Positions 30,770 through 41,556 of a stretch of DNA of 64,000 bases are shown here, in pieces (position 1 is the first letter of the stretch; each line of letters starts with the position of its first letter). The DNA is from Gammaproteobacteria bacterium. GTDB taxonomy: Bacteria; Pseudomonadota; Gammaproteobacteria; Steroidobacterales; UBA11654. A program made the position numbers and the translations under genes. A model generated the notes under the pieces. The model searched no databases and was not told the DNA's origin. It saw only the letters and a list, made by a program, of their open reading frames with translations. The DNA is taken from assembly GCA_002691465.1 (NCBI GenBank), contig NZHP01000036.1:20116-84115 (forward strand), read 5' to 3'.

Positions 30770-31962
30770 TCAGAAATCAATGTAGCTTTCGACGAAATCA
30801 TCTGTTCGATGGTTTCGTCACTAATTCCTACTTCTTTTAGAATCTCAATTGTATGCTCTCCAAGTTTGGGAGCGTGTTTCCTAATTGTTGCAGGTGTTTT
30901 GGAAAAATTTGCTGGAAATCCAGGCATCTTGAGCTTGCCTTCTGTCGGATGCTCGTATTCTTTCCAAAAACCCACCTCATTGAGATGAGGGTCATGAAAA
31001 AGATCATCCAGACTGTTTACAACAATTACGGGTACTTTTGTTTCATCAAAGATTTCCAGCCATTCTTTTGTAGTTTTAGTGGCGAGTATTTTTCCTGTCT
31101 CAGAATATGTGTCATCGATGTTTTTTACTCTTGAAGATAGATCTTTAAAACGTTCATCTTCAACCAACTCAGGCCTTCCCCCCTTCTCGCAGAAAGTTTG
31201 CCAATGATTATTCATATATGGAAGAACAGCGATATATCCGTCTTTGGTTTTGTATGGCTTTCGATGATGAGACATCAATCTGGTATAGCCTGCTGGTCCC
31301 AAAGCTGGCTCAAAAATCTCACCCCAAATATGCTCAGCCATTGTAAAGAAGACCATTGACTCAAACATAGGAACCTCTATCTCTTGACCTTCACCAGTTC
31401 TTTCTCGATGAAATAAGGCAGCAAGGATGGAGTAAACAACAGTAATGGCTGTTGTTTTATCAGCAACAACTGTGGGCAAGTATCTAGGCTCTCCTAAAAC
31501 CAATTCATTCAAACTTGCGATCCCACTAGCAGCTTGAATTGAATCATCCAGTGCACCTTTTTTGCCATATGGACCATTCTTCCCGTAACCATAGGTACCG
31601 CAGTAGACTATGCTTGGATTAACCTCGGAGATCTGCTCATATTCTAATCCAAACTTGGTCATCACTTGTGGCCGATTGTTATGCAGAAAGACATCGGAAT
31701 CTTTGATGATTTCAAAAAGAGCATTTTTTGCACTTTCTTGCTTTAAATCGAGCACGAGACTTCTTTTGTTTCGGTTATTGGATAAATATAATGCAGCCAT
31801 TCCTGGGTTTCTGGATGCGCCCAACTGTCTATTGCTATCACCAAATGGCGCCTCAATCTTAATGACCTCCGCACCCATGTCTGCAAGTATCTGAGCTGCC
31901 CAAGGACCAAGGACAACACTGGTAAGCTCCAGTATTTTTAGTCCCTTAAGTGGCCCGGACAT
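30766..31962 (-). CDS. CaiB/BaiF family III CoA-transferase
   Basis: PLKGLKILEL, LADMGAEVIKIE, NRNKRS, PKLGEHT. Confidence 0.92.
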   Translation of the reverse strand: MSGPLKGLKILELTSVVLGPWAAQILADMGAEVIKIEAPFGDSNRQLGASRNPGMAALYLSNNRNKRSLVLDLKQESAKNALFEIIKDSDVFLHNNRPQVMTKFGLEYEQISEVNPSIVYCGTYGYGKNGPYGKKGALDDSIQAASGIASLNELVLGEPRYLPTVVADKTTAITVVYSILAALFHRERTGEGQEIEVPMFESMVFFTMAEHIWGEIFEPALGPAGYTRLMSHHRKPYKTKDGYIAVLPYMNNHWQTFCEKGGRPELVEDERFKDLSSRVKNIDDTYSETGKILATKTTKEWLEIFDETKVPVIVVNSLDDLFHDPHLNEVGFWKEYEHPTEGKLKMPGFPANFSKTPATIRKHAPKLGEHTIEILKEVGISDETIEQMISSKATLISD

Positions 31963-31982
31963 TTTGATTGATGTACCGAGTC

Positions 31983-32885
31983 TTAGCCGTGATCGTGGTC
32001 GTGATCGTGGTAATGCGGATACTCAAAATCAGTGAAGTGATTGTGTCCATCCGGCGAACGAATCCACTTGTAAAGAGAAGGCCTGATACGTCTTAATCTT
32101 GCAGCTGCTCTATCAGCATTCTCTTTCGGATTTGTCCATGGATTGTGGTGGAAGTAGTTGTGCAAATGCGCATCCGTTCTTCCAATCGCAATGATTCCAT
32201 TCTTGCTGGCAAAAGCACCGTGATTTATATATGGGGGTCTCCAGAAATATCCCCCGGTCGGTAAATCGCCAAATTGCATCATCCATGACGTTCCCCAAAT
32301 ATGATAGGACTCCTCACAGCAATCATGATATGAGATATTGTCTTGCGAAAAACCTGGGGTCATGCAGTATAAAAAAGTATGCGCTTCTGTGTGAATATCA
32401 TACTTCAATAACTTGAGCATACACCCTGACGCAACTGAAGGAACAATTCTATTTCCAGGCATCCATGCAATATCCTCCATTGAATTGATGATTGATAAAC
32501 GATGCCTTTCAGCAAGTGGGTGATCCTCATCAGATGGAATGAAGCTGGGTTCTCCATAGTTATAAAACATAATAACCTTAGCGCCTCTTTTAACAGTCAT
32601 CTGAGGCATTGATACGCCTGGCGGGATAAGGAAGTAATGTCCTTCTCCATAAGTTATATCACCGTATGTCACGGCACCCGATACAACAAACATTTCTAAC
32701 TCTGAATAACTCATACCAGGAGGTAATTTGTATCCGCTCTCGAACTTTACAAGCAATGAACAAGCACCGGTATCTGTATCCATACTCAGCATTTTATAAT
32801 GCATTCCTTTACCAAATCCAGGCAGTGTCATTCTTTTGAATGGAGCTGGTCTCTCGTCATAAGGCTCAATATGTGGTCTAGGCAT
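31983..32885 (-). CDS. Bicupin protein (DUF4437-like) with His-rich C-terminus
   Basis: Two cupin-like repeats; the second has YHDCCEESY and YFWRPPYINHGAF; tail HYHDHDHDHG. Confidence 0.6.
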   Translation of the reverse strand: MPRPHIEPYDERPAPFKRMTLPGFGKGMHYKMLSMDTDTGACSLLVKFESGYKLPPGMSYSELEMFVVSGAVTYGDITYGEGHYFLIPPGVSMPQMTVKRGAKVIMFYNYGEPSFIPSDEDHPLAERHRLSIINSMEDIAWMPGNRIVPSVASGCMLKLLKYDIHTEAHTFLYCMTPGFSQDNISYHDCCEESYHIWGTSWMMQFGDLPTGGYFWRPPYINHGAFASKNGIIAIGRTDAHLHNYFHHNPWTNPKENADRAAARLRRIRPSLYKWIRSPDGHNHFTDFEYPHYHDHDHDHG

Positions 32886-32905
32886 TTCTTTCCCCTTCTA
32901 TAAAT

Positions 32906-33247
32906 TTAATGATCAAAGCCTTTGAGGTCTTTTGGCTCATATGTAACTTTGTGTTTTCTTTTTGGTGGTTTAGGTAGATTTTCTTTTGCAATGACTTGCC
33001 TTGTATCGCCGTCAATATTCGTTCCTCGAGTCGAAACTGTTTCCAAAAACTCTGCGTACCATTTATTTCTTTTTGGTGTTAGGTCTTCCATATCTTGCAA
33101 AATTTGCTTAAATCTTTTCTGCTGTTGAACCAATTCCTTTTTAATCCACGCCTTAGTAGATTTTGATGTTTTATGCTCTATAGAATTGAGAGGCTTACCT
33201 TTTCCTGAAGCTCTTCCTTCAGACGCATCGCCCATTTGGTTGGCCAT
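32906..33247 (-). CDS. Hypothetical basic protein
   Basis: 113-aa ORF with strong SD (AAGGGGA) and an upstream promoter; co-oriented with the cupin and CoA-transferase genes. Confidence 0.7.
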   Translation of the reverse strand: MANQMGDASEGRASGKGKPLNSIEHKTSKSTKAWIKKELVQQQKRFKQILQDMEDLTPKRNKWYAEFLETVSTRGTNIDGDTRQVIAKENLPKPPKRKHKVTYEPKDLKGFDH

Positions 33248-33289
33248 ATTTGTTCCCCTTAGTTATATTCATTTATTTAGAGAGATCAT

Positions 33290-33318
33290 AGGTTAAACAA
33301 TCGACAGTATGCTGTCAA
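33290..33318 (-). promoter_or_regulatory. Sigma70-like promoter overlapped by a palindromic operator
   Basis: TTGACA, 17 bp, TAACCT on the minus strand; GACAG-TATG-CTGTC inverted repeat (33303-33316) overlaps the -35. Confidence 0.45.
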
Positions 33319-33355
33319 TTTGAGAGGTCAATAGTTAACAATTATTTAATCTTAT

Positions 33356-34357
33356 TTATGACTCTTTTGATTCATAAATAAGTTGCAATGCACCTGATCC
33401 AGGAGCTCTGACTGTTATGATTTCGATCTGCCCCAATCCCGGGAAATCAACCAAGCGCCTTTGGTTATATATCTCGCAACTAAGGTCTGAGATGGCTTTT
33501 TCTGAAAACTCAAGATTATTAACCTTAAATGCTTGAGAAATATAACCAATATTGGGTGCAATACCATCAGGTACCATGTCATGACACTCATAATTCAAAG
33601 GTTGTGACAAAGCAATTTTTCCAAACATATGATTGCCCTGCATAAATTTAACGGCTGTTTTAGCATTGCGTGGCAACTGAAGAAACTCATTCTGCTCTTC
33701 ACTTGATAAAACTTCATCGATTAGCAGTTCGTTTTGCAGAACCTTTCTATGAAACTTTACAGCAAGATCAATATCCCTTGTGGTGTGTGCAGAAGTAACC
33801 ACGGGTGTCAATCCAGTTGGAGTACGCCCATTTTTCTGAGTGTATATCTTCATTTGGCCTACTTTTGATAAAGGATCATCGTCCGTCAATTCAACCAAAT
33901 TCACAGCAATGTTATCAGGTCCATCAAATATAACCTCTGTCGGCGAACCTTGCCCTTCAGACATTTCATAATAGGTTGGCTTAGACCAAATACGATAGCC
34001 CTTCGATTCAAATTTTTTAGTATCTGACTCAATATCGTCTGTATAAAAATTCAAATTAAAGAGTCCATATGCTCGCGAAGTGTCTTTTGGTCGAATTAGC
34101 TTCTTATTTTCTGCTTTGAAATCAAGCAACAAAACTCTTCCTGCATTGCAGCCTTTGAGTTCACAAAAAGATCCAGTTGCATGCGATCCTGATGGCAAAT
34201 GCCAAATGTCCTCAAAATCTTTTCCTCTCCAATCAAAAGGATCGCTTACGGATAATCCAATTAAATCTCGATAAAACCCAATTGATTGATTTAAATTCTC
34301 AACGCCAATGATGGCTGTATCGAGTGGACTTCCTTTTGGCGCAATAATTGCACTCAT
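33356..34357 (-). CDS. VOC/glyoxalase superfamily protein (two-domain)
   Basis: IGVENLNQSIGFYRDLIGL, NLNFYTDDIE, FDGPDNIAVNLVE; second repeat RDIDLAVKFHRKVL. Confidence 0.75.
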   Translation of the reverse strand: MSAIIAPKGSPLDTAIIGVENLNQSIGFYRDLIGLSVSDPFDWRGKDFEDIWHLPSGSHATGSFCELKGCNAGRVLLLDFKAENKKLIRPKDTSRAYGLFNLNFYTDDIESDTKKFESKGYRIWSKPTYYEMSEGQGSPTEVIFDGPDNIAVNLVELTDDDPLSKVGQMKIYTQKNGRTPTGLTPVVTSAHTTRDIDLAVKFHRKVLQNELLIDEVLSSEEQNEFLQLPRNAKTAVKFMQGNHMFGKIALSQPLNYECHDMVPDGIAPNIGYISQAFKVNNLEFSEKAISDLSCEIYNQRRLVDFPGLGQIEIITVRAPGSGALQLIYESKES

Positions 34358-35595
34358 GTAGATCTGAGATCAAAATCAGCAGATGAGAGTCTTTCAAAAC
34401 CGTCATCAGTTATTAAAATAGTATCTTCCATATGTACTGATCCCCATCCTATTTCTGTAAAAGGCATATCGATATTAATGACCATATTTTTTTCCAGTGA
34501 TTGACTGATTTTCACTCCGGGCTGTGTGCCAAAATTCTTTGGATCATCCGTATGCTCAAGTCCTAAGCCATGAACAACTGGGTTCCTAAAAGAATCAAAG
34601 CCCAGTGATCTGATATGGCCACCTACCTCAGCTGAAATCTGATCGTAAGTATTACCTGGTTTTAGAAATTCTTTGGCCTTTTCCCAGCCCTCTAAAATAG
34701 CTTGGTGACGCTCGATATGAAGCTGACTGGGGTCACCAATAACGGCACATCTTCCAAAATCACCGTGATATCTTCTATATTGACCAAGTGCATCAAACAT
34801 AATTGGCTCACCTTCCCTGCAAACTCCATTCGGTAGCTCTCCCACTCCACACATCATATAGACGCCTCTTCCGCCTCTCTTTGCCATCTCAGACATGTAG
34901 AAATTTTCCAACTCTTCCCATGTAACGCCTTCACTCATGAAATCAATTGCTGCGAGCATTGATTGCTCATTAATAATTGCAGCCTCTCTCATTATTTCAA
35001 TTTCATTATTTGTCTTGACCATTCTGATCTCATTGAATAACTGAGGCTTGAATATGCACTCCACACCGATGCCCAGTTCCTCAGATAGCCATTTTTCAAT
35101 CCTTAGATCATCAATCAGCACTCTTTTTCCATCCAAATCAGCTGCTTTGATTGCTCGAATGAGGGCTTGGATTGAATTTTCTGAATAACTGTCTCTATAC
35201 TCATGGATTATAGACTTCCATTTTTCCTCAAGAGGATTCAAAGACGCTTTTGGATCAACAGGCCAGCCTGGATAATCCTGTCCTTTTGGAGCATCATCAT
35301 CAAATAACTCACCGTCCCCTTTTGCTGAATATAAAAAAATGTTCTCAATCCAAGGTTTACCCATTGTCTCTAATCTTCTGACTTCTAATGCAGGAAGAAT
35401 TATTCCAGGCGGCTTGTTGTTGTCTTTTGGCATCACAGAAAAGTAGCAAGCATCGAATCCGAGGGGGGTGTTATACAAACCCCAATAGCCTGAAACATAG
35501 TAGAAATTTACTGGAGCCATAGCGATCAAGCCATCAATATTTTCTCGATCTAGAATTCTTTCGGCTCTTTCTTGATTGATAAGTTTCTTTGACAT
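34354..35595 (-). CDS. M24 family (Xaa-Pro peptidase/creatinase-like) hydrolase
   Basis: IRMVKT..EI, D..G.Y..YHGD.GR, HGLGLEH, HMEDT. Confidence 0.85.
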   Translation of the reverse strand: MSKKLINQERAERILDRENIDGLIAMAPVNFYYVSGYWGLYNTPLGFDACYFSVMPKDNNKPPGIILPALEVRRLETMGKPWIENIFLYSAKGDGELFDDDAPKGQDYPGWPVDPKASLNPLEEKWKSIIHEYRDSYSENSIQALIRAIKAADLDGKRVLIDDLRIEKWLSEELGIGVECIFKPQLFNEIRMVKTNNEIEIMREAAIINEQSMLAAIDFMSEGVTWEELENFYMSEMAKRGGRGVYMMCGVGELPNGVCREGEPIMFDALGQYRRYHGDFGRCAVIGDPSQLHIERHQAILEGWEKAKEFLKPGNTYDQISAEVGGHIRSLGFDSFRNPVVHGLGLEHTDDPKNFGTQPGVKISQSLEKNMVINIDMPFTEIGWGSVHMEDTILITDDGFERLSSADFDLRST

Positions 35596-35600
35596 TTTTT

Positions 35601-37202
35601 TTAATCAGTTTTTCTATGATGATTCCAGAAATGTTCGCTGATGCCAAGTGCACCGCTATTCATTTTATTTTTTGGATCCAGATTATTTTTAATATTTATC
35701 AGTAGCTCTTTTGATGGCTTATAGAGATAGCCCATGTAGTCATATGCCCGACCTATCTGATTTGAGGCAGCGCCAATTGACGCAAAATAACCAATGATTT
35801 CTTTTCTGATCTCATGCACTAACTCTCTTGCTTCAATATTCGGAGAGGGCTCTTCAAAAGTTGATAGAAATGATGGCTCGGCAGTTCGCTTATGAAGCTC
35901 TGGCCATTCATCCAACCATCTCAAGACTGGCTCAATGGAATAAGAATGTTGCTGAATACCAATATTTAAGAGTGTGTACCAAACTCCACATGCATCCATT
36001 CTCTCTTTATATTGATCCATAAGTCGGATGATTTGTTGATTCACGATTAAGGCACTGGTATGAGGGACCTTGGCATTAAGTGCAGCCCAGCGTTCGCCAG
36101 CATGTCCAAGAATTCCATTCATTGGAGGAAACGGGTCTGCTCTCGTGGCCTTTGGAATACTGTTGGGAATGGATTCTCCATTGTATTTCTCAGCGATAAC
36201 TTCTGCTTCCTTTATATCAAAGCGAAGTGCGTTTTGAGAGTGATTCGAGATGACCATGTGCAAGGAATAAGAATTTTCAGGAATAACATTTCTTCCAGTA
36301 AAAGCCATCTTTACTGACTCTTTAAGGCCTCTAATAAATGATGACTGCTCTCTTAAGACTTTAAGCACAGATTTTGCGCCCTCAACATTTGAAACATCGG
36401 TTAAACTTCCTGCAGATTTTGGATCCAATACATAACACTCTTCTGTCAATCCCGATTTAGAAATAGATGATAATGCGGCAACAGCATCCTCGAGTGATCT
36501 ATAGGAAAATGATAAATAACCCACACTATTGGGCCAGTATATTAAAGGAAATGTTGCTTGAACCTTAATTCCAAGTGAGCCTGCATCATGACAAAACAAA
36601 CCTGTTGTATCCGGTCCGTATGTTCTGTGATGCGGCTTTGCATTTGCAAATGCATTTTGTCCAGTTTTGATCAATGTTCCATCGGCAATAATGATTTCCA
36701 TACCTAAGACGTTGTCTGCAGCAGATCCATATTGACCCGTCCCAAAGAAAAGGGCTCCATTGGATAATCCGCCTCCAACAGTTGCCATTGAGCCTGAATT
36801 AGTTCCAAAAAAAGGAAGTCTCAAACCCAGCGGTTTTAGAGCTTCATAGATTTTTTTCCAGGTGCATCCAGCCTCTACTGTGATGTACATATCATCAGAG
36901 TTGATTTCAATGATCTGGTTCAATAATGATGTATCAATAATCACAGATCTTTCCGTTGAAGGTGTATAACCCCCTGTGTAAGACATGCCGCCGCCTCTTG
37001 GGATTATCTGGTAATCGGTTTCCGATAAAACTTTTAGAATACTTGAGATTTGATCTTTTGACCGAGGCTGAATAACAATCTCTGCAACCTGATCGATATC
37101 AAAAACATCCATTGAGAAATACTCTCTTTCTTTGACATCAGTTATTACAGCATCACTGCCAACGACATCACATAATTGATTAATTATTTCTTTTGACTTC
37201 AT
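35601..37202 (-). CDS. FAD-binding oxidoreductase (VAO/PCMH, glycolate-oxidase-like)
   Basis: PRGGGMSYTGG, VEAGCTW, ATVGGG, C-terminal IK..LDPKNKMN.G. Confidence 0.85.
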   Translation of the reverse strand: MKSKEIINQLCDVVGSDAVITDVKEREYFSMDVFDIDQVAEIVIQPRSKDQISSILKVLSETDYQIIPRGGGMSYTGGYTPSTERSVIIDTSLLNQIIEINSDDMYITVEAGCTWKKIYEALKPLGLRLPFFGTNSGSMATVGGGLSNGALFFGTGQYGSAADNVLGMEIIIADGTLIKTGQNAFANAKPHHRTYGPDTTGLFCHDAGSLGIKVQATFPLIYWPNSVGYLSFSYRSLEDAVAALSSISKSGLTEECYVLDPKSAGSLTDVSNVEGAKSVLKVLREQSSFIRGLKESVKMAFTGRNVIPENSYSLHMVISNHSQNALRFDIKEAEVIAEKYNGESIPNSIPKATRADPFPPMNGILGHAGERWAALNAKVPHTSALIVNQQIIRLMDQYKERMDACGVWYTLLNIGIQQHSYSIEPVLRWLDEWPELHKRTAEPSFLSTFEEPSPNIEARELVHEIRKEIIGYFASIGAASNQIGRAYDYMGYLYKPSKELLINIKNNLDPKNKMNSGALGISEHFWNHHRKTD

Positions 37203-37254
37203 CAGTAAAGCTTTTTTTGCCCGCCAAGGTGATAAATGCGATCAGAAAATTACT

Positions 37255-39396
37255 TTATGGATAGAATTTTTCTTTTTTTTCTGCCATTTGCCTCAAACTC
37301 TCTGGAACTTCAAATCGTTCGCCGAGACGTTCACAATATTCATCGCACCTGTCAACAAAGCTTTCCACGCCAACCATGTCAATGTAAGAGAAGACTCCGC
37401 CGGTCCAAGGGGGGAATCCCCATGCGAAAATTGAACCTAAGTCACCATCATCTGGTGTAGTTAGAACATTTTCATCGAGACATCGATATGCATCCAGTGA
37501 CTGGACAGTCATCAACCGATCCTTGATCTCTTGAATATCAGGCTGCTTTTCTTTTACTGGATAAATATCAGCTAAACCCGGCCACAAGAATTTTTTCCCT
37601 CCCTCGGGATACTCGTAAAAACCGCCGCCAAATCGCTTACCCAATCTGCCTAAGTCATACATCTTTTGCATTACATCGATTGAGGACATGGGCTTATATT
37701 TATCTCCCAAATCTTCGATTGATTGATTATGAATTTTGATAGAAAGATCAATGGTTGTTTCATCTTGAACTGCAATTGGGCCAACTGGATATCCAGCATG
37801 TCTTGCAGCATTTTCTACTAGTGCAGGATTTACTCCTTCTTTAATCATCTCATTGGCTTCATTGCATGAAGTACTGAATACTCTCGAGGTATAAAAACCT
37901 CTGCTGTCATTAACTACTATCGGTGTTTTCTTGATTTGGGCTATGTAATCCAAAGACTTCGCCAATGCTTGATCAGAAGATTGTTCGCCCATGATCATCT
38001 CAACCAATGGCATTCTTTCCACAGGGGAAAAGAAGTGCATACCGATAAAATTGTGAGGCCTAGCAGACGACTCAGCAAGACCAGATATTGGTAATGTCGA
38101 AGTATTTGAGGCAAAAACAATATCTTCTCCAATAACTGCCTCAGTTTTTTGCGTCACATCGGCTTTGATTTCTCTATTTTCAAAAACGGCTTCAATAATT
38201 AAGTCACAATCTTTGAGATCATTGTAGTCAGTGGTTGGAATGATATTCTCCAGAATGGCGTCTCTCTTCTCCTCAGTCATCTTCTTTTTAGCGACGCTCT
38301 TCTTGAAATACTTCTCTGAATAAGCCTTTCCCTTTTCAGCGCTCTCAAGTGATGAGTCAAGCAGATAAACTTTTATCCCAGCTTTTGCACTCACCAATGC
38401 AATTCCAGCTCCCATCATTCCAGCACCAAGCATACCCAAAGTTTTGACGGTGTGTTTTTCTACGCCATCGGGTCTTGCTCTAAGTTTGTCTGCTGATTGC
38501 TTATTGTTGAAGAGACTTCTTATCATGTTTCCAGAAACTGGATCCATGAGTAGTCCAGCAAAGTATTTCGCTTCAATTTCAAGTCCTTTGTCAATCGGGA
38601 GTAAGCATCCTTCATATACTGAAGAAACAATAGAAATAGGAGCCGGGTAATTATGGTTTGTATTTTTTGCAACCATAGCATTGACCACTGAGAACATTTG
38701 AATTGTTCCTTTCGAATTTGGATCAAATCCACCCGGAACTTTAAATCCTTTCTTATCCCATGGCTGAACAGCTTTTCCGCCATCCAATATCCACTGCTTG
38801 GCTTTACTCAATAATTCTTCTGGAGCTGCCAGTTCATTGACAATACCCATCGCCATTGCCTGTTGGGGTTTAAGATGCTTGCCTTGTGTCATGAGTTCCA
38901 ATGCAGGCTGTATTCCAATAATGCGTGGAAGCCTTTGAGTTCCTCCACCGCCAGGCAATAACCCAACCATTACTTCTGGTAGACCAAGTACAGCATCTTT
39001 TCTATCTGCTGCAATTCGGTGATGACATGAAAGAGTGATCTCCAATCCTCCACCTAAAGCTGTGCCATTAATTGCAGCGACAAATGGTTTACCACCAGTT
39101 TCCATGGCTCGGTTAACCTTGTGGCTCTCAATCACTTTCTCAGCCATGGCTGAGGCATCACCAAGACCGATTAGGCTTGGCAGCATAGTCTTTAGATCGG
39201 CGCCAGCCATGAAATCATTTTTTGCTGATGTCAGAACAGCACCAATAACTTTTTCATCATTAAGGACTTGTTCAACGCAATTTTTAAAGTCATCAGCAAA
39301 ATCAACCGTGATGACATTCATCGGACGATCTTGAACATCAATCTCAATGACAGCAATGCCATCTTGATCAATATTCATTTTAATATTCTTACTCAT
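37255..39396 (-). CDS. fadB: Enoyl-CoA hydratase / 3-hydroxyacyl-CoA dehydrogenase (FadB/FadJ-like)
   Basis: FMAGAD, ALGGGLE, LGLPEV, GAGMMG, ASNTSTL, GMHFFSPV. Confidence 0.9.
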   Translation of the reverse strand: MSKNIKMNIDQDGIAVIEIDVQDRPMNVITVDFADDFKNCVEQVLNDEKVIGAVLTSAKNDFMAGADLKTMLPSLIGLGDASAMAEKVIESHKVNRAMETGGKPFVAAINGTALGGGLEITLSCHHRIAADRKDAVLGLPEVMVGLLPGGGGTQRLPRIIGIQPALELMTQGKHLKPQQAMAMGIVNELAAPEELLSKAKQWILDGGKAVQPWDKKGFKVPGGFDPNSKGTIQMFSVVNAMVAKNTNHNYPAPISIVSSVYEGCLLPIDKGLEIEAKYFAGLLMDPVSGNMIRSLFNNKQSADKLRARPDGVEKHTVKTLGMLGAGMMGAGIALVSAKAGIKVYLLDSSLESAEKGKAYSEKYFKKSVAKKKMTEEKRDAILENIIPTTDYNDLKDCDLIIEAVFENREIKADVTQKTEAVIGEDIVFASNTSTLPISGLAESSARPHNFIGMHFFSPVERMPLVEMIMGEQSSDQALAKSLDYIAQIKKTPIVVNDSRGFYTSRVFSTSCNEANEMIKEGVNPALVENAARHAGYPVGPIAVQDETTIDLSIKIHNQSIEDLGDKYKPMSSIDVMQKMYDLGRLGKRFGGGFYEYPEGGKKFLWPGLADIYPVKEKQPDIQEIKDRLMTVQSLDAYRCLDENVLTTPDDGDLGSIFAWGFPPWTGGVFSYIDMVGVESFVDRCDEYCERLGERFEVPESLRQMAEKKEKFYP

Positions 39397-39417
39397 TCGT
39401 ATTCCTTTTCGATTAGA

Positions 39418-40623
39418 TTAAATGCGCTCTATGATTGTTGAAGTACCCATGCCGCCTCCAATGCATAAGTTCACCAACCCTGTACTGAGATCTCTTCTCT
39501 CAATTTCATCAATCAGTGTCCCCAATACCATTCCGCCAGTTGCGCCAAGAGGATGCCCCATGGCAATTGCACCTCCATTAACATTGATCTCATCATGATC
39601 AATTCCCATTTCTTTCATATAATGCAGAACAACAACAGCAAAGGCTTCATTGAGCTCAAATAGATCAATATCATCCTTGCTCATACCACATCTTTTTAGC
39701 ACTTTATTCGCGGATGGCGCTGGTCCAGTCAGCATTATGGTTGGCTCGGTTCCTGTTGAAGAAAAGCCAACTATTTTTGCTCTTGGAGTAAGCCCCAATT
39801 CCTTACCAATTTCTTTAGAACCCACCAACACAGCGCTGGCTCCATCAACTATTTGACTGGAATTTCCAGCGTGATGAACGTGATCAATTTTTGCAACTTC
39901 AGGATATCTTTGAATCGCGACATCATTGAATCCAAAATCACCAATTTGCTGAAAAGACGGATTCAGCTTAGCCAGATCCTCGACTGTCGTTCCAGTTCTT
40001 ATGCATTCATCATGATCCAAAATTGTTTCTCCAAGAGTATCTTTAATTGGAACAATGGAATTATTGAAATAGCCCTCGTCTCTCGCATGCGATGCTCTCC
40101 TTTGACTCTCAACTGCATATGAATCAACGTCCTCTCTTGAAAATCCATATTTTGATGCAATTAAATCGGCACTGATGCCTTGAGGAACAAAATAGCTGCC
40201 ATAAGCAACCTGTGGATCTACAGCTAAAGCGCCGCCAACCGTATCCATTGGCACTCTTGACATAGACTCCAAGCCTCCACCGATACAAAGATCAGACATA
40301 CCGGACATCACTTGTGCAGCTGCAGAGTTGACCGCCTCAAGTCCAGATGCGCAGAAACGATTCAATTGTTTTCCGGCAGCCTCTTCTGCATACCCGGCAT
40401 GGATTGCTGCGACTCTTGCGGGATTCGAAGCTTGTTCACCTTGATTATGAACGACACCCATGATGACATCATCGACTCGGCTTGTATCGAGTTCGTTTCT
40501 GTCTCTCAGAGATCCCAAAACCTGAGAAAGTAATTCTACCGGTGTTACTTCATGCAAAGAGCCATCGGATTTACCTCTTCCTCTTGGGCTTCTTACATGG
40601 TCAAAAATATATGCGTCAGTCAT
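39418..40623 (-). CDS. fadA: Acetyl-CoA C-acyltransferase (thiolase)
   Basis: NRFCASG, NEAF, GHPLGATG, LCIGGGMG. Confidence 0.9.
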   Translation of the reverse strand: MTDAYIFDHVRSPRGRGKSDGSLHEVTPVELLSQVLGSLRDRNELDTSRVDDVIMGVVHNQGEQASNPARVAAIHAGYAEEAAGKQLNRFCASGLEAVNSAAAQVMSGMSDLCIGGGLESMSRVPMDTVGGALAVDPQVAYGSYFVPQGISADLIASKYGFSREDVDSYAVESQRRASHARDEGYFNNSIVPIKDTLGETILDHDECIRTGTTVEDLAKLNPSFQQIGDFGFNDVAIQRYPEVAKIDHVHHAGNSSQIVDGASAVLVGSKEIGKELGLTPRAKIVGFSSTGTEPTIMLTGPAPSANKVLKRCGMSKDDIDLFELNEAFAVVVLHYMKEMGIDHDEINVNGGAIAMGHPLGATGGMVLGTLIDEIERRDLSTGLVNLCIGGGMGTSTIIERI

Positions 40624-40788
40624 TGCTCACCTTATAATTTAATTGATGGTAATTTTTAAGAAGAAATAGTTTACAGAAATCTCTAAATTTACTCAATTTC
40701 TTGAATGAATATTCATGATTCAATTGCTAAGGTTTTCGGTTACAATTCACAATCTATATTTTAAAAAAAATACATATATGAGGACATT

Positions 40789-41550
40789 ATGGACATAAAA
40801 GATAAGACAATTATTATCACTGGAGCTGCAAGAGGGCTCGGTGCAGCAATGGCAAAAAGATTGGCTTCGCATAACTGCAAGTTGGGTCTGATTGATCTGG
40901 ATAAAAACAGCATTGCCGATACTGCATCCGCATGTGAAAGTGCCGGAGCAAAGGTGATGTGCATTTCTGCTGATGTGACAAAAGAAGATGATGTTGCCAA
41001 TGCTTATGCACAAGTAGTTGATGAGATGGGTCCTTTGGTCGGATCAATCAATAATGCCGGTATCACACGTGATGGTCTATTGGTTAAATTTAAAGATGGA
41101 GAATTTGTAAAAAGGATGTCTCTTGAAGAATGGCAAGCTGTAATAGATATCAATCTAACCGGTGTTTTCTTGTGTGGCAGAGAAGCTGCTCAGCATATGA
41201 TTGAAGGTGGACAAGGTGGTGTGATCATCAATATTTCTAGTGTCGCAAGACATGGAAATTTTGGTCAAACAAATTACTCAGCAACGAAAGCAGGTGTTCA
41301 GTCTATGGCCGTAGTTTGGGCGAAAGAACTCTCAAAATATGGAATCAGAGTAAACTCAATCGCACCAGGCTTTATCAACACAGAGATGGTTGCCGGGATG
41401 CCTGATAATGTAAAAGAAAAACTTTCAAAAATGGTTCCTGTGGGTCGAATAGGAGAACCTGATGAGGTTGCACAAGCAGCTGAGTTTATCTTCGCGAATG
41501 ATTACTACTCAGGAAGGTGCGTTGATCTTGACGGTGCGCAAAGGATGTAA
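40789..41550 (+). CDS. SDR family 3-oxoacyl reductase-like oxidoreductase
   Basis: [24 protein letters not shown]. Confidence 0.9.
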   Translation: MDIKDKTIIITGAARGLGAAMAKRLASHNCKLGLIDLDKNSIADTASACESAGAKVMCISADVTKEDDVANAYAQVVDEMGPLVGSINNAGITRDGLLVKFKDGEFVKRMSLEEWQAVIDINLTGVFLCGREAAQHMIEGGQGGVIINISSVARHGNFGQTNYSATKAGVQSMAVVWAKELSKYGIRVNSIAPGFINTEMVAGMPDNVKEKLSKMVPVGRIGEPDEVAQAAEFIFANDYYSGRCVDLDGAQRM

Positions 41551-41556
41551 TCCATA

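Noticed and set aside
31985-32012. Short GTGATC/GTGGTC tandem repeat
   Set aside because: Simply encodes the His-Asp tail of the cupin; not an independent repeat element
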